64,000 nucleotides of DNA from Candidatus Babeliales bacterium (GCA_031292305.1 JARLHJ010000047.1:31334-95333), one strand, 5' to 3'; shown: positions 26,298-37,918, counted from the first letter of the stretch. Translations and numbers: made by a program. Notes: generated by a model not told the origin, from the letters alone.

Positions 26298-26780
26298 ATG
26301 CCAAGACGTAAAAGTGTAGATTTTAAAAGAAATATAGGGGTAGATCCAATCTACGGATCGGAATTAATTCAAAAATTAGTAAACATTATCATGGAACGTG
26401 GCAAGAAACAAATTGCTCGCCGTATTGTTTATGACGCTATTGATATTCTTCTTAAAAAAAATAATGGCGATAAAGATAAAGCTTTAAGAACATTCTATAG
26501 AGCGTTTGAACAAGTTACTCCTGCTGTGGAAGTAAAGCCACGTAGAGTAGGTGGTAGCGTGTATCAGATTCCTATCGAAGTTCCAGGAAGCAGAGCTAGA
26601 TCTCTAGCATTACGCTGGATGGTTAAAGCTGCGCTAGAAAGAAAAGATAAAAGCATGGGCTTAAGATTAGGCCATGAATTATTAGATGCTAGCGAAGGTC
26701 GCGGTAACGCAGTTAAAAAGAAGTTAGATGTCCATAAAATGGCAGAATCAAACAGAACATTCTCACACTACGCTTGGTAG
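26298..26780 (+). CDS. rpsG: 30S ribosomal protein S7
   Basis: MPRRKSV..; 160 aa; follows rpsL. Confidence 0.97.
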   Translation: MPRRKSVDFKRNIGVDPIYGSELIQKLVNIIMERGKKQIARRIVYDAIDILLKKNNGDKDKALRTFYRAFEQVTPAVEVKPRRVGGSVYQIPIEVPGSRARSLALRWMVKAALERKDKSMGLRLGHELLDASEGRGNAVKKKLDVHKMAESNRTFSHYAW

Positions 26781-26799
26781 AAGAAGTTAAAGGTTTATT

Positions 26800-28869
26800 A
26801 TGAGCAATCCATTAGAGAGATATAGAAATATAGGTATTGCCGCGCATATTGATGCGGGAAAGACAACTGTAACAGAACGTATTTTGTTCTATACAGGTGT
26901 TACGCATAAAATAGGCGAGGTCCATGAAGGTGAAACCGTTATGGATTGGATGGAGCAAGAAAGAGAGCGAGGTATTACAATTACTTCTGCTGCTACAACT
27001 TGTTTCTGGAAAGATTACCATATAAATATTATTGATACTCCTGGTCACGTAGATTTTACAATTGAAGTTGGAAGATCTTTACGTGTATTAGACGGTATGA
27101 TAGCTGTGTTCTGTGGTGTAGGCGGCGTGCAGCCCCAGTCAGAAACTGTTTGGAAACAAGCAAACAGATATGGCGTACCTAGAATAGCTTTTATTAATAA
27201 GCTTGATAGAATCGGTGCTGATTATTTCAAGGTAATTAAACAAGTAAATGATAAATTGCATGGTAATGCATTAATAATGCAAATACCTATTGGGGAATCT
27301 GAAAACTTATCAGCTGTTATTGACGTATTAACTGAAAAAATGACAGTATTTAAGCCTGTTGATGAAGGCGTTGATATAGTTTGGCAAGATGTTCCTGAAG
27401 AATACAAAAAACAAACTCAAGAATTACGTACTAAAGTTATTGAAAGAGCCTGCGATTTCAATGATGATATGGCTGAAAGATATTTAGGCGGAGAAGAAAT
27501 TTCTATAGCTGAAGTAAAAGCTGCTTTAAGAGCTGGTGTTTTAAAAAGAGAAGTTGTTCCAGCATTTTGCGGAACTGCTTTTAAAAACAAAGGCGTGCAA
27601 CTTTTATTAGATGCTGTTGTGGATTATTTACCATCACCTTTAGATGTTCCTCCTATAGAAGGTATGATTCCTGATTCAGATAAAAAAGAATTAAGAGAAG
27701 CTGATCCTAATGCTAAGTTTTGCGCGTTAGCATTTAAAATTATGAACGATCCATTTGTTGGAGCTTTAACTTTTATTCGAGTTTATTCAGGAACTCTAAA
27801 AAGTGGTTCATATATAATAAATGTTAGAACGGGAAATAAAGAACGAGTAAGTCGCTTGATCAAAATGCACGCAAATAAGCGTGAAGAAATTGATATGGTG
27901 CAAGCTGGTGATATTGCTGCTATCGTTGGACTTAAAGATGTTTTAACAGGCGATACGCTATGTGTTGAAGGCGATAGAATTCTTTTAGAATCAATCGACG
28001 TGCCAGCACCAGTTATTTCTTTATCGGTTGAGCCTAAAAATAAAGGCGAATATGAAAAGATGATTCTTGCGCTTAGAAAAAAAATGCAAGAAGATCCTTC
28101 TTTCAGATTTAGCTACAACCAAGAAACTGGCCAAACTGAAATTTCAGGAATGGGCGAATTGCATCTAGAAATTACAATAGATAGATTGCGCACTGAAAAT
28201 AAAGTTGAAGTAGTTCCTGGTAAGCTTCAAGTTGCTTATAAAGAAACTATTAGAGACACAGTTGAAGCTGAAGGTAAGTTTATTAAGCAGTCAGGTGGTA
28301 GAGGTCAATACGGACATGTTTGGGTTAGATTCGAGCCCCTTGAAAGAGGAAAAGGTTTCGTTTTTGAAAACAAAATTGTTGGTGGTACAATACCAAGAGA
28401 ATTCGTGCCTGCTGTTGAAAAAGGCTTAGATGAAGCAAAAAATACTGGTGTTTTAGGTGGATATCCAGTTGTTGATATAAAATGTACAGTATTTGATGGT
28501 TCTTACCATGATGTCGATTCTTCTGAAATTGCATTTAAAATTGCAGCTTCAATGGCATTTAAATCAGGTGTTACCAAGGCAAGACCGGTTATTTTAGAAC
28601 CAATAATGACTGTAGAAGTTGACACTCCAGAAGAATACATGGGTGAAGTCATGGGTGATTTAAACTCACGCAGAGGCAGAATTCTAGGTATGGATGCAAG
28701 TACTGGTGGATCTCAAATAATCAAAGCCGAAGTTCCTTTAGAATCAATGTTGGGTTATACTACAACTCTTCGTTCTATGTCAAAAGGAAGAGCGTCTTCA
28801 TCTATGGAATTTGCTTGCTATAGAGAAGTACCGGAACATGTTCAAGCATCAATTACAAGTAAAAAATAA
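26800..28869 (+). CDS. fusA: Elongation factor G
   Basis: 689 aa. [21 protein letters not shown]. Confidence 0.97.
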   Translation: MSNPLERYRNIGIAAHIDAGKTTVTERILFYTGVTHKIGEVHEGETVMDWMEQERERGITITSAATTCFWKDYHINIIDTPGHVDFTIEVGRSLRVLDGMIAVFCGVGGVQPQSETVWKQANRYGVPRIAFINKLDRIGADYFKVIKQVNDKLHGNALIMQIPIGESENLSAVIDVLTEKMTVFKPVDEGVDIVWQDVPEEYKKQTQELRTKVIERACDFNDDMAERYLGGEEISIAEVKAALRAGVLKREVVPAFCGTAFKNKGVQLLLDAVVDYLPSPLDVPPIEGMIPDSDKKELREADPNAKFCALAFKIMNDPFVGALTFIRVYSGTLKSGSYIINVRTGNKERVSRLIKMHANKREEIDMVQAGDIAAIVGLKDVLTGDTLCVEGDRILLESIDVPAPVISLSVEPKNKGEYEKMILALRKKMQEDPSFRFSYNQETGQTEISGMGELHLEITIDRLRTENKVEVVPGKLQVAYKETIRDTVEAEGKFIKQSGGRGQYGHVWVRFEPLERGKGFVFENKIVGGTIPREFVPAVEKGLDEAKNTGVLGGYPVVDIKCTVFDGSYHDVDSSEIAFKIAASMAFKSGVTKARPVILEPIMTVEVDTPEEYMGEVMGDLNSRRGRILGMDASTGGSQIIKAEVPLESMLGYTTTLRSMSKGRASSSMEFACYREVPEHVQASITSKK

Positions 28870-28905
28870 ATTTAAGATTAATTTTTAGTTTATAGGAGTT
28901 CTAAG

Positions 28906-30096
28906 ATGGCTAAAGGGATATTCGAACGTAATAAACCGCACATTAACGTAGGTACTATTGGTCACGTTGATCATGGTAAAACATCGTTAACTGCAGCAAT
29001 TACAAAAGTTTTAGCAAAAAAAGGTTTTGCAGAATTTAGAGCTTACGATCAAATCGATAACGCTCCAGAAGAAAAAGCACGTGGTATTACAATTGCAACT
29101 TCACACGTTGAATACCAAACAGATGCAAGACACTATGCTCACGTAGATTGTCCTGGTCACGCTGATTATATTAAAAACATGATCACCGGTGCAGCACAAA
29201 TGGATGGTGGTATTTTAGTAGTATCAGCAGCTGATGGTGCGATGCCTCAAACAAGAGAGCATATCTTGTTAGCTAAAAACGTAGGTGTTCCTTCTCTTGT
29301 TGTATTTTTAAATAAATGCGACATGGTTGATGATGTAGAAATGATCGACATGGTAGAAGAAGAAATCAGAGAATTATTAACTAAGTATGATTTCCCTGGT
29401 AATGAAATTCCAGTAATCAGAGGGTCAGCTACACAGACTCTTGCTGGTGATGAATCAGAATACGGTTCAAAAGCTATCGAAAAATTACTTAATGCATTAG
29501 ATACTTATATTCCTGAACCACAACGTGATATTGATAAGCCTTTCTTAATGCCTGTTGAAGGTGTGTTTACTATTTCAGGACGTGGTACAGTTGCTACTGG
29601 CCGTATTGAAAGAGGAAAAGTAGTAGTTGGTCAAGAAGTAGAAATTATTGGCTTTGGTGCTAAGATTAAAACTACTGCTACCGGCGTTGAAATGTTCCGT
29701 AAGGAATTAAGAGAAGGTATGGCTGGTGATAACATCGGTTTACTATTACGTGGTACAAAGAAAGAAGAAATTGAACGAGGAATGGTTATTGCTGCTCCTG
29801 GTACAATTACTCCTCATAGAAAATTCAAATGCCAAGTTTATATTTTAAGCAAAGATGAAGGCGGAAGACATAGCCCATTCTTAGTTGGTTATAGACCGCA
29901 ATTCTATTTTAGAACTACAGACGTTACTGGAATAGTAACATTACCTGCTGGCCGTGAAATGGTTATGCCTGGTGATAACGTAGAACTTTCAGTTGAATTA
30001 ATTACACCTATAGCAATGGAAAAAGATTTACGTTTTGCTATACGTGAAGGTGGAAGAACAGTTGGTTCTGGTGTTGTAACTGAAATAACAGATTAA
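28906..30096 (+). CDS. tuf: Elongation factor Tu
   Basis: 396 aa. [20 protein letters not shown]. Confidence 0.98.
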   Translation: MAKGIFERNKPHINVGTIGHVDHGKTSLTAAITKVLAKKGFAEFRAYDQIDNAPEEKARGITIATSHVEYQTDARHYAHVDCPGHADYIKNMITGAAQMDGGILVVSAADGAMPQTREHILLAKNVGVPSLVVFLNKCDMVDDVEMIDMVEEEIRELLTKYDFPGNEIPVIRGSATQTLAGDESEYGSKAIEKLLNALDTYIPEPQRDIDKPFLMPVEGVFTISGRGTVATGRIERGKVVVGQEVEIIGFGAKIKTTATGVEMFRKELREGMAGDNIGLLLRGTKKEEIERGMVIAAPGTITPHRKFKCQVYILSKDEGGRHSPFLVGYRPQFYFRTTDVTGIVTLPAGREMVMPGDNVELSVELITPIAMEKDLRFAIREGGRTVGSGVVTEITD

Positions 30097-30108
30097 TAGG
30101 TTGCGTTG

Positions 30109-30414
30109 ATGAAGAAGCAAAGAATTCGTTTACTTTTAAGATCGTATGATCATCAATTGCTAGACAAAGCGGTGAAACAAATTGTTCTAACGGTAAAAAG
30201 AACAGGGTCTAATTTAGTAGGCCCTATCCCTTTACCTAATATGAAAAGAGTCTTTACAGTTTTAAGATCTCCTCATATTGATAAAAAATCTAGAGAACAA
30301 TTTGAACTAACGACTCATAAAAGGTTGCTAGATATTATTTCACCTTCTGATCAAACAATGGATGCTTTGATGAAGTTAAATATTTCATCAGGTGTAGATG
30401 TCGAAGTTAAATAA
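30109..30414 (+). CDS. rpsJ: 30S ribosomal protein S10
   Basis: [32 protein letters not shown] 30109 is preferred to the adjacent TTG 30106. Confidence 0.95.
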   Translation: MKKQRIRLLLRSYDHQLLDKAVKQIVLTVKRTGSNLVGPIPLPNMKRVFTVLRSPHIDKKSREQFELTTHKRLLDIISPSDQTMDALMKLNISSGVDVEVK

Positions 30415-30426
30415 TAGGGAAAAGCA

Positions 30427-31053
30427 ATGACACGCGGTTTATGGGCAAAAAAAATAGGAATGACTCAAATTTTTAAAAATGACAAAGTCGTTCCTGTTAC
30501 AATAATGGATACATCAAATTGGTTTATCACACAAATTAAAACACAAGCAAATGATGGCTATGATGCTATTCAGGTTGCATGTGTAAGAGATAGATATGCT
30601 GGTGTAGCATTTGATAATGAGTGGTTAAAGAGTCCAAAAAAATATTTTGTTAAAATTAACGAAATAAAAACAACTGAAACAAACAACTTAGAAGTTGGTG
30701 CTTCTGCCGATTTTTCAACTTCATTTCCTGAAGGAACTGCGGTTGATATAATGGGTGTGAGTAAAGGTGCTGGTTTTCAAGGGGTTGTAAAAAGACATAA
30801 CTTCCGCGGCGGTGCTGCGAGTCATGGTGACCAAACTGGTAGAAAACCGGGTGGTATGAGTTTTATGAGAAGTCGTGGCCGAGTTATTAAGGGTAAGAAA
30901 TTACCTGGACATATGGGTGTTGAACGCGTAACAATGAAAAATTTAGAAATTGTAAAAATTGATACAGATTCTAAAGTTATGTTTGTTAAAGGTTCCCTAC
31001 CTGGAAAATCAGGCTCATTTGTTTTTGTCAAAGCGGTAGATACTAACAGGTAG
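30427..31053 (+). CDS. rplC: 50S ribosomal protein L3
   Basis: 208 aa. KIGMTQIF.., [16 protein letters not shown]. Confidence 0.95.
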   Translation: MTRGLWAKKIGMTQIFKNDKVVPVTIMDTSNWFITQIKTQANDGYDAIQVACVRDRYAGVAFDNEWLKSPKKYFVKINEIKTTETNNLEVGASADFSTSFPEGTAVDIMGVSKGAGFQGVVKRHNFRGGAASHGDQTGRKPGGMSFMRSRGRVIKGKKLPGHMGVERVTMKNLEIVKIDTDSKVMFVKGSLPGKSGSFVFVKAVDTNR

Positions 31054-31058
31054 TTAAA

Positions 31059-31697
31059 ATGAACAATAAAAATAAAAATGATATGCCTCACAGTTTAGAA
31101 GTAATTGCACCGAAAGACTTACAACTTAGTGTTAAACATGATGTTGACGCAGTAGGTTTTGCAGTTTGGATACGTGCATTACATCAAAATTGGAGACAAG
31201 GCACAGTTGGTTGTAAAACTAGAGCTGAAGTTGCATTCTCTAACAGAAAACCTTGGAAACAAAAAGGTACTGGTAGAGCTCGTGCAGGTTCATTGAGATC
31301 TCCATTGTGGAGAAAAGGTGGTATTATCTTCGGTCCTCAACCAAGAGTACGCACGCTTAAAGTAAATAAAGAACTTAAAAAGAGAGTATTAAATAATATT
31401 CTTTGGAGTTTTTTAGACAATAAAAAAGCTTTTGTATTAGATTGGCAAATTGGCGAAAAACCAAGAACAGCTGATGCTTTTAATTTATTAAAAACAAATA
31501 ATTTCGATAAATCAAAAATCCTTTTATTAATTGATAAAAATGATTTTTTAGTACAAGCAACTTTTGCTAATCTTCCAAATGTAAAAATATTATTGTTTGA
31601 TCAAATTAATGCTTTTGATCTAAGTTCAAACGATGCTTTAATATTATTCAAGAAAGATTTAAACTTATTTAAAGATACGGTGCAACAATGGACTTAA
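31059..31697 (+). CDS. rplD: 50S ribosomal protein L4
   Basis: 212 aa. [22 protein letters not shown]. Confidence 0.95.
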   Translation: MNNKNKNDMPHSLEVIAPKDLQLSVKHDVDAVGFAVWIRALHQNWRQGTVGCKTRAEVAFSNRKPWKQKGTGRARAGSLRSPLWRKGGIIFGPQPRVRTLKVNKELKKRVLNNILWSFLDNKKAFVLDWQIGEKPRTADAFNLLKTNNFDKSKILLLIDKNDFLVQATFANLPNVKILLFDQINAFDLSSNDALILFKKDLNLFKDTVQQWT

Positions 31698-32017
31698 CTA
31701 TTTACGATATTATACAAGGGCCAGTAATTTCTGATAAAGCACAGAAATTAAACACTAATTTGCAAAAGTTAGTTCTTCAAGTTCACCCTCATTCTAATAA
31801 GCCTTTGATAAAAGAAGCTATAGAAAAATTATTTAATGTAAAAGTTGATAATGTCCGCGTAATGGTCCGTAAAGGTAAATTACGTCGTGTAGGTAAGTTT
31901 GAAGTACAAGGCAAATTGCAAAAAAAAGCTGTTGTTACATTAAAAGAAGGTTATACAATTGATTTGTTTGGTCACCAAGGTGCGCCAGCTCAAACACCAG
32001 TTGAACAATCTGCATAA
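31688..32017 (+). CDS. rplW: 50S ribosomal protein L23
   Basis: 109 aa. Position in the S10 cluster; 10-nt overlap with rplD. Confidence 0.9.
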   Translation: MDLTIYDIIQGPVISDKAQKLNTNLQKLVLQVHPHSNKPLIKEAIEKLFNVKVDNVRVMVRKGKLRRVGKFEVQGKLQKKAVVTLKEGYTIDLFGHQGAPAQTPVEQSA

Positions 32018-32038
32018 ATATATCAAAGAGGCAAGTTA

Positions 32039-32869
32039 ATGGCTATTGTAAGTAGAAAACCAAGAAGCGCCACATTAAGGTTTCAAACATATTTATCTAA
32101 TGATGACATCACTAAGACTGCTCCAGAAAAAAGTCTTACTGCTCCTCTTAGAAAAAGTGGTGGAAGAAACGCCTATGGAAGAATTACTATTCGCCATAGA
32201 GGTGGTGGTGCTTCAAGAAAATATAGAATTATAGATTTTAGACGCTCTGAAAGAGACGTAAACGGTAAAGTTATTACAGTTGAATACGATCCAAGTAGAA
32301 ATGTAAGAATTGCTCTTGTTCTTTATGATAATGGAGCAAAGCGTTATATTTTATTACCTGAAGGTGTAACTGTAGGTTCACAAGTTTACGCAGGTCAAGA
32401 TGCTGAACCTAAAGTAGGCAATTGCTTACCTATAAGAGGCATTCCAGTTGGTTTCTTTGTTCATAATGTTGAGTTAGTTCCAGGTCAAGGTGGAAAAATT
32501 GCAAGAAGTGCAGGGGCATCAATCCAATTAGTTGGTAAAAATGATGAATATGCAACAATGAAATTACCTTCTGGCGAAATAAGACTTATGTCATTAGATT
32601 GTTGGGGTACTGTTGGAGTATTAGGCAATGCTGACTACAAAAACATAGTTTGGGGTAAAGCTGGTAGATCAAGACAAAGAGGTATAAGACCTACTGTTCG
32701 TGGTATGGCTATGAACCCTGTAGATCACCCTCATGGTGGTGGTGAAGGTCGTGGTAAAGGTGGCAACCATCCTAGAAGTCCTTGGGGTGTTGGTGCAAAA
32801 GGTACTCGTACTAGAAGAAGAAAAAATCCTCTTATAGTTCGTAGAAGATCTGCATCAAGAGCAGTTTAA
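32039..32869 (+). CDS. rplB: 50S ribosomal protein L2
   Basis: 276 aa. GRNAYGRITIRHRGGG, MNPVDHPHGGGEGR. Confidence 0.97.
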   Translation: MAIVSRKPRSATLRFQTYLSNDDITKTAPEKSLTAPLRKSGGRNAYGRITIRHRGGGASRKYRIIDFRRSERDVNGKVITVEYDPSRNVRIALVLYDNGAKRYILLPEGVTVGSQVYAGQDAEPKVGNCLPIRGIPVGFFVHNVELVPGQGGKIARSAGASIQLVGKNDEYATMKLPSGEIRLMSLDCWGTVGVLGNADYKNIVWGKAGRSRQRGIRPTVRGMAMNPVDHPHGGGEGRGKGGNHPRSPWGVGAKGTRTRRRKNPLIVRRRSASRAV

Positions 32870-32914
32870 ATAAAATAAATGCTTAGCAAAATATTAAAAT
32901 AGGGTATAATAATT

Positions 32915-33193
32915 ATGACTAGATCGGCAAAAAAAGGATTTTACGTTGAACCTTGTCTTATGGAGAAGATTCAAAAGGTAAAAACAAGTGGAAAACGTGA
33001 AGTTATTAAAACTTGGTCCAGACGAAGTATGGTTATTCCAGAGTTTGTTGGTCTTACTATTGCAGTTCATGATGGTAGAAAATTTGTTTCAGTATATGTT
33101 ACTGAAAATATGGTTGGTCACAAATTAGGTGAATTTTCGCCAACTAGAACATTTAGAATGCACAGTGGTCAACGTAAATCTGGTGCAGAATAA
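32915..33193 (+). CDS. rpsS: 30S ribosomal protein S19
   Basis: 92 aa. [10 protein letters not shown].., VHDGRKFV.., [11 protein letters not shown]. Confidence 0.97.
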   Translation: MTRSAKKGFYVEPCLMEKIQKVKTSGKREVIKTWSRRSMVIPEFVGLTIAVHDGRKFVSVYVTENMVGHKLGEFSPTRTFRMHSGQRKSGAE

Positions 33194-33213
33194 TTTTAGA
33201 GGTTTAATTTAAG

Positions 33214-33552
33214 ATGGACTTTATAGCTAAAGCAAAATTTTTAAAATTCTCCCCGCATAAATTGAGACTTGTTGTCGATGTTATTCGTGGAAAGAAGGTA
33301 GATTATGCCTTAAATTGGCTAGCTACATATCGTGTATGTAGAGCTGAGCCAATTAAAAAAGTTATTGAATCTGCAGTTGCAAATGCTAAAAACAATGCAA
33401 ACGTAGAATTAAATGATCTTTTTATTAAAGAGATTAAAGTAGATGGTGGCCCTATTTTTAGATACTTCAAGCCTGGTGCTATGGGTAGAGCTAATCCACA
33501 AAGAAAAAGATTAAGTCATATCAGTGTAATTTTAGAATCAAGACAGGTTTAA
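33214..33552 (+). CDS. rplV: 50S ribosomal protein L22
   Basis: 112 aa. SPHKLRLVVDVIRGK; cluster position. Confidence 0.93.
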   Translation: MDFIAKAKFLKFSPHKLRLVVDVIRGKKVDYALNWLATYRVCRAEPIKKVIESAVANAKNNANVELNDLFIKEIKVDGGPIFRYFKPGAMGRANPQRKRLSHISVILESRQV

Positions 33553-33567
33553 TTAGAGAGGATAACG

Positions 33568-34212
33568 GTGGGTCAAAAGGTTCATCCAATAGGATTTAGA
33601 CTTGGTGTTTATAGAGATTGGGATGCTAGCTGGTATGCCCGTAATTCTTATGGTAAATCTCTTTTAGAAGATTTTAAAATAAGAGATTATTTATTTGCTA
33701 CATTAGAAAAAGCAGAAATTGCAAATATAAAAATTGAAAAAGCAGCTGAAAACGTAAAAGTTATAATTTTTTCAGGTAAACCAGGAATGGTTATTGGCAG
33801 AAAAGGCCAAGAAATCGATACATTACGTAGAGATTTATCTAAAATGTTAAACGTAGCTAATGTTGAAGTTTCTGTTCAAGAAGTTAAACGTGCTGAATTA
33901 GATGCAAAGCTAGTAGCCGAAAATATTGCTGAACAGTTAGTAAAACGAGCTAATTTTAAAAAGACAATGAAAAAAGCTGCATCTACAGGAATGAAAAGTG
34001 GCGCAAAAGGTATGAAAATTTGCTGCTCTGGTCGTCTTGGTGGAGCAGAAATAGCAAGAAGTGAATGGACTAGAGTTGGTTCTGTTCCTTTACACACATT
34101 AAGATCTGATATTGATTATGCATTAGCTGAAGCAAAAACTAAGTACGGCATAATAGGTGTTAAGGTTTGGATTTGTAGGGGTGAATATCAACCTAAGAAG
34201 AAACTATTGTAA
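33568..34212 (+). CDS. rpsC: 30S ribosomal protein S3
   Basis: GTG start. MGQKVHPIGFRLG.. and KH-domain GRKGQEI. Confidence 0.96.
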   Translation: MGQKVHPIGFRLGVYRDWDASWYARNSYGKSLLEDFKIRDYLFATLEKAEIANIKIEKAAENVKVIIFSGKPGMVIGRKGQEIDTLRRDLSKMLNVANVEVSVQEVKRAELDAKLVAENIAEQLVKRANFKKTMKKAASTGMKSGAKGMKICCSGRLGGAEIARSEWTRVGSVPLHTLRSDIDYALAEAKTKYGIIGVKVWICRGEYQPKKKLL

Positions 34213-34227
34213 GAAAGATAGCATATC

Positions 34228-34644
34228 ATGTTGATGCCAAAAAAAGTTAAATATAGAAAAGTTCAACGAGGAAATATGAGAGGGTTGTCTAAGGGCGCCC
34301 GTACTTTACACTTCGGTGAATTTGGATTAATGGCTGTTGAGCCATGTTGGGTTACTGCTCAACAAATAGAAGCAATACGAGTTACAATTTCTCGTCAATT
34401 AAAAAAAGAAGGTACACTGTTTATCCGTTTATTTCCGGATAAACCAGTTACAAAAAAGCCTGCTGAAACTCGTATGGGTAAAGGTAAAGGAAATCCAGAG
34501 AGCTGGGTTGCTGTTGTTAAAAGAGAAAGAGTTATTTGTGAAATAGCTGGGTTGTCAGAAGAAGATGCAAAAAAAGCATTAAAAGCTGCAACATACAAAT
34601 TACCTCTAAAGACGAGATTTGTTAGAAAGGCTGATTTACAATGA
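34228..34644 (+). CDS. rplP: 50S ribosomal protein L16
   Basis: MLMPKKVKYRKVQRG..; 138 aa. Confidence 0.96.
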   Translation: MLMPKKVKYRKVQRGNMRGLSKGARTLHFGEFGLMAVEPCWVTAQQIEAIRVTISRQLKKEGTLFIRLFPDKPVTKKPAETRMGKGKGNPESWVAVVKRERVICEIAGLSEEDAKKALKAATYKLPLKTRFVRKADLQ

Positions 34645-34844
34645 ACAAAGAAATGACAGAATTGAATCAATTGAATGTAGAGCAACTTACCGAAAAGGTT
34701 GAGTTCTTTAGAAGAGAGTTATTTGCATTAAGATTAAGTGCTGGTACAACTCATATTAAAGATTATTCCCAATTTAAAAAATTGAGAAAAAACTTAGCTA
34801 GATCTTTAACTTATTTACATCAAAAAAATAATAAGAACAGTTAG
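34641..34844 (+). CDS. rpmC: 50S ribosomal protein L29
   Basis: 67 aa. ATGA overlap with rplP. ..LFALRLSAGTTHIKDYSQFKKLRKNLAR. Confidence 0.9.
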   Translation: MNKEMTELNQLNVEQLTEKVEFFRRELFALRLSAGTTHIKDYSQFKKLRKNLARSLTYLHQKNNKNS

Positions 34845-34845
34845 G

Positions 34846-35103
34846 GTGAAAATGGAAACTAATAATAAACAAACTTTGATCGGCGAAGTAATTTCCGACA
34901 AAATGGACAAAACTATAGTCGTAAAAGTCTATAGAACCTATTTACACCCAAAATTTAAAAAAGCTGTTAGAACTTTAAAAAAATATAAAGTTCATGATGA
35001 AGCTGAAGTTGCTAAAATTGGTGATATGGTTGAAATTTTTGAAGGTAAACCATCTTCAAAAACAAAATATATGTACCTAAGCAAGATTGTAAAGAGTGCT
35101 TGA
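34846..35103 (+). CDS. rpsQ: 30S ribosomal protein S17
   Basis: ..LIGEVISDKMDKTIVVKV..HPKFKK..KYKVHDE. The start is ambiguous (GTG 34846 or ATG 34852). Confidence 0.93.
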   Translation: MKMETNNKQTLIGEVISDKMDKTIVVKVYRTYLHPKFKKAVRTLKKYKVHDEAEVAKIGDMVEIFEGKPSSKTKYMYLSKIVKSA

Positions 35104-35131
35104 TAATAAATAGATTGCAAGGTAAAGAATC

Positions 35132-35497
35132 ATGATTCAAAAGGAATCTTATTTAGAAGTAGCGGACAACTCGGGCGCTAAATCATTACAGTGTATTCAT
35201 ATCGCTGGTAGTACCAGAAAAAGATATGCATATCTTGGTGATTTAATTAAGTGTGCTGTAAAGTCAGCTATTCCTGGTGGAATGGTCAAAAAGGGTGACG
35301 TAGTAGATGCTATTATAGTAAGAACTACTAAAGAATTTCGCCGTGATGATGGAAGTTACATTAGATTTGGACAAAACGCTGCTGTTATTTTAAAAGATAA
35401 TGAGCCAATCGCTACGCGTATTTTCGGTCCAATTGCTAGAGAACTTAGAGCTAAAGGCTATACAAAGATTATTTCTTTAGCGCCGGAAGTTTTATAG
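35132..35497 (+). CDS. rplN: 50S ribosomal protein L14
   Basis: [17 protein letters not shown]..; 121 aa. Confidence 0.97.
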   Translation: MIQKESYLEVADNSGAKSLQCIHIAGSTRKRYAYLGDLIKCAVKSAIPGGMVKKGDVVDAIIVRTTKEFRRDDGSYIRFGQNAAVILKDNEPIATRIFGPIARELRAKGYTKIISLAPEVL

Positions 35498-35504
35498 GGG
35501 ATAT

Positions 35505-35813
35505 ATGATAAATATTAAAAAAAATGATACCGTCTTTATTTTAAATGGAAAAGATAAAGGGAAAACTGGATCAGTGATCGAAGTTTTACCTAAAAAAAAT
35601 CAAATTAAAGTATCTGGTATTGCGATAGTTATAAAGCATGCGAAAGCTCGTAAGCAAGGAGAGCCTTCAGAAATCATCAAGAAAGAAGATTATATCGATA
35701 TTTCTAAAGTGATGCCTGTTTGTACCTCTTGCAAAAAACCTGCTAGAGTATCATTTACTATAAGCGAAAATAATAAAACACGAACTTGTGTTCGTTGCAA
35801 AGAAAATTTTTAA
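35505..35813 (+). CDS. rplX: 50S ribosomal protein L24 (variant with C-terminal CxxC..CxxC)
   Basis: KOW-type N-terminus IKKNDTVFILNGKDKGKTGSVIEV. Cluster position between rplN and rplE. The C-terminus reads CTSCKKPARVSFTISENNKTRTCVRC. Confidence 0.93.
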   Translation: MINIKKNDTVFILNGKDKGKTGSVIEVLPKKNQIKVSGIAIVIKHAKARKQGEPSEIIKKEDYIDISKVMPVCTSCKKPARVSFTISENNKTRTCVRCKENF

Positions 35814-35829
35814 GTACTAAGGAACAACG

Positions 35830-36372
35830 ATGGAAAAGCCTCGTTTGCAAAAGCTATACGTAGAAGAAATTAGATCTAAGTTATTAAAAGAACTTAATCT
35901 AAGTAATATAATGGAAGTTCCTAAGATAAATAAAATCGTTTTAAACGTAGGTGTAAAAGAAGCGGTTGATGATAGCAAAGTTTTACAAGTTGTTCAAACT
36001 GCGATTGAAAAAATTGCAGGGCAAAAAACAGTTAAGACATTTGCAAGAAAATCTATTGCGGGCTTTAAAATTAGAGAAGATATGCCTATAGGTGTAAAAG
36101 TTACTCTAAGAAACGTAAATATGTATGAATTCTTAGATAGATTTATTAACCTAGCTATGCCTTCTATTAGAGATTTCCAAGGAATCAAACCTGGTTTTGA
36201 TGGAAGAGGAAATCTTAATATTGGTATTAAAGAGTGGATGATTTTTCCTGAATTAGATTTAAGCACATTTGATAAAATGCATGGCTTAAATGTAACTATC
36301 GAAACATCAACTAACAATGATAAGCATGCATTTGAGTTATTAAAAAAATTCAATATGCCTTTTAAAAAGTAA
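35830..36372 (+). CDS. rplE: 50S ribosomal protein L5
   Basis: 180 aa. PKINKIVLNVGV.., RDFQG..FDGRGN. Confidence 0.96.
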   Translation: MEKPRLQKLYVEEIRSKLLKELNLSNIMEVPKINKIVLNVGVKEAVDDSKVLQVVQTAIEKIAGQKTVKTFARKSIAGFKIREDMPIGVKVTLRNVNMYEFLDRFINLAMPSIRDFQGIKPGFDGRGNLNIGIKEWMIFPELDLSTFDKMHGLNVTIETSTNNDKHAFELLKKFNMPFKK

Positions 36373-36390
36373 CAATTAAGGAAGTTAATT

Positions 36391-36576
36391 ATGGCTAGAA
36401 AGGCTTTAATAGAAAAGTCTAATAAAGTTCCTAAGTTTGCGACAAGACAAAGGAACAGATGTAAGTTGTGTGGAAGACCTCGCGCTTACATGAGAATATT
36501 TATGCTTTGCCGACTATGTTTTAGAAAATATGCGTTGCAAGGTTTACTTCCAGGTGTAAAGAAAACAAGTTGGTAA
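36391..36576 (+). CDS. rpsN: 30S ribosomal protein S14, short zinc-binding (type Z) form
   Basis: 61 aa. [23 protein letters not shown]. Confidence 0.95.
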   Translation: MARKALIEKSNKVPKFATRQRNRCKLCGRPRAYMRIFMLCRLCFRKYALQGLLPGVKKTSW

Positions 36577-36589
36577 AGAAAGGCTTTAT

Positions 36590-36985
36590 ATGTCAATAGA
36601 TACAATGGGAAATTTTTTAACAATAATTAGAAATGGTATTATGGTATCAAAAAGTACTGTAACTATACCTCATTCTAATCTCAAATACGAAGTCGCTAAA
36701 ATTTTAAAAAGCGAAGGTTTTATTAGAGATGTTATTGTTGAAAATATAGATTCCACAAAAAAGAATATTAAAATTTTCTTGAAATATGTAGAAAATGAAT
36801 CTGTTATTCATGAAATTACCAGAGTCAGCAGACCAGGTAAACGTGCTTATGCAGGAATGAACGAATTCAAACCAGTAATTGGTGGATTAGGTGTTTCTGT
36901 GGTAACTACAAGTGGTGGCGTAATGACTGACAAAAGAGCTAAGTCTTTGTCACTTGGTGGCGAAATTTTATGTACAGTTTGGTAA
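36590..36985 (+). CDS. rpsH: 30S ribosomal protein S8
   Basis: 131 aa. D..GNFLTIIRNG.., ..GGEILCTVW. Confidence 0.95.
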   Translation: MSIDTMGNFLTIIRNGIMVSKSTVTIPHSNLKYEVAKILKSEGFIRDVIVENIDSTKKNIKIFLKYVENESVIHEITRVSRPGKRAYAGMNEFKPVIGGLGVSVVTTSGGVMTDKRAKSLSLGGEILCTVW

Positions 36986-36994
36986 GGATTTATA

Positions 36995-37531
36995 ATGTCA
37001 AAAATTGGTAGAAAACCTATTGATATCGCTGGTACCCAAGTGGATATTAAAGGTCAAGAGATACATTACAAAGGTAAGTTTGCTTCAGGCGTTTACGTAT
37101 TGCCTGAATATATCAAACCTATCTTAGAAGATAAGGTTTTAACTTTATCTTTGCTTGATAAAGCGCATAATAATTTTTGGGGGTTACATAGAGCTTTACT
37201 TGCTAACCAATTAAAAGGTGCAAGTGAACTTTTTGAAAAAAAATTGCAAATTATTGGCTTAGGTTTCAAAGCTGAATTACTTAATCCATCTAGGGTTAAA
37301 TTAAGCTTAGGCTATAGTCATAAAATTGAACAAGATCTACCTAAAGGTGTTACTTTAGAATTAGATAAGCCTGGACAAATGTTAACATTTAAGTCCAGTG
37401 ATAAAGAAGCACTAGGTCAAATTTGTGCTACAATACGTTCATTTAGACCGCCTGAGCCATACAAAGGCACAGGAATCAAATTAACAACAGAAGTAATTAG
37501 ACGTAAAGCTGGAAAAACTAAGGCTGCATAG
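36995..37531 (+). CDS. rplF: 50S ribosomal protein L6
   Basis: MSKIGRKPI..; ..PPEPYKGTGIK. Confidence 0.95.
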   Translation: MSKIGRKPIDIAGTQVDIKGQEIHYKGKFASGVYVLPEYIKPILEDKVLTLSLLDKAHNNFWGLHRALLANQLKGASELFEKKLQIIGLGFKAELLNPSRVKLSLGYSHKIEQDLPKGVTLELDKPGQMLTFKSSDKEALGQICATIRSFRPPEPYKGTGIKLTTEVIRRKAGKTKAA

Positions 37532-37561
37532 TATCAGCTAGTTAAAGCTAAAGGAATAAAC

Positions 37562-37918
37562 GTGTCAGTAACTAGAAAAATTTTGAAACGCCAAAAGCGT
37601 AGAACATTAAGAATAAGAAGTAAGATTAAATCTTCTTCAGACTTATTCCGTGTTTCCATATTCAGAAGCTTAAGTAATATTTATGGCCAAATTATTGATG
37701 ATAATGCTGGTGCAACTTTAGCGAGTTGTTCAACAATAGAATTAAATAAATTAACTGGTGATAAAAAAGCTAAGGCAAAAGCGGTTGGAATACAACTTGC
37801 TAAAAAAGCCTTAGAAAAAGGTATTACAGCAGCTAAGTTTGATAGAGGAAATGTCCTTTATCATGGTAGAATTGCAGCTTTTGCTGAAGGTCTGAGAGAA
37901 GGCGGACTTAAAATTTAG
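37562..37918 (+). CDS. rplR: 50S ribosomal protein L18
   Basis: GTG start. ..RVSIFRSLSNIYGQIIDD..FDRGNVLYHGRIAAFAEGLREGGL. Confidence 0.94.
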   Translation: MSVTRKILKRQKRRTLRIRSKIKSSSDLFRVSIFRSLSNIYGQIIDDNAGATLASCSTIELNKLTGDKKAKAKAVGIQLAKKALEKGITAAKFDRGNVLYHGRIAAFAEGLREGGLKI

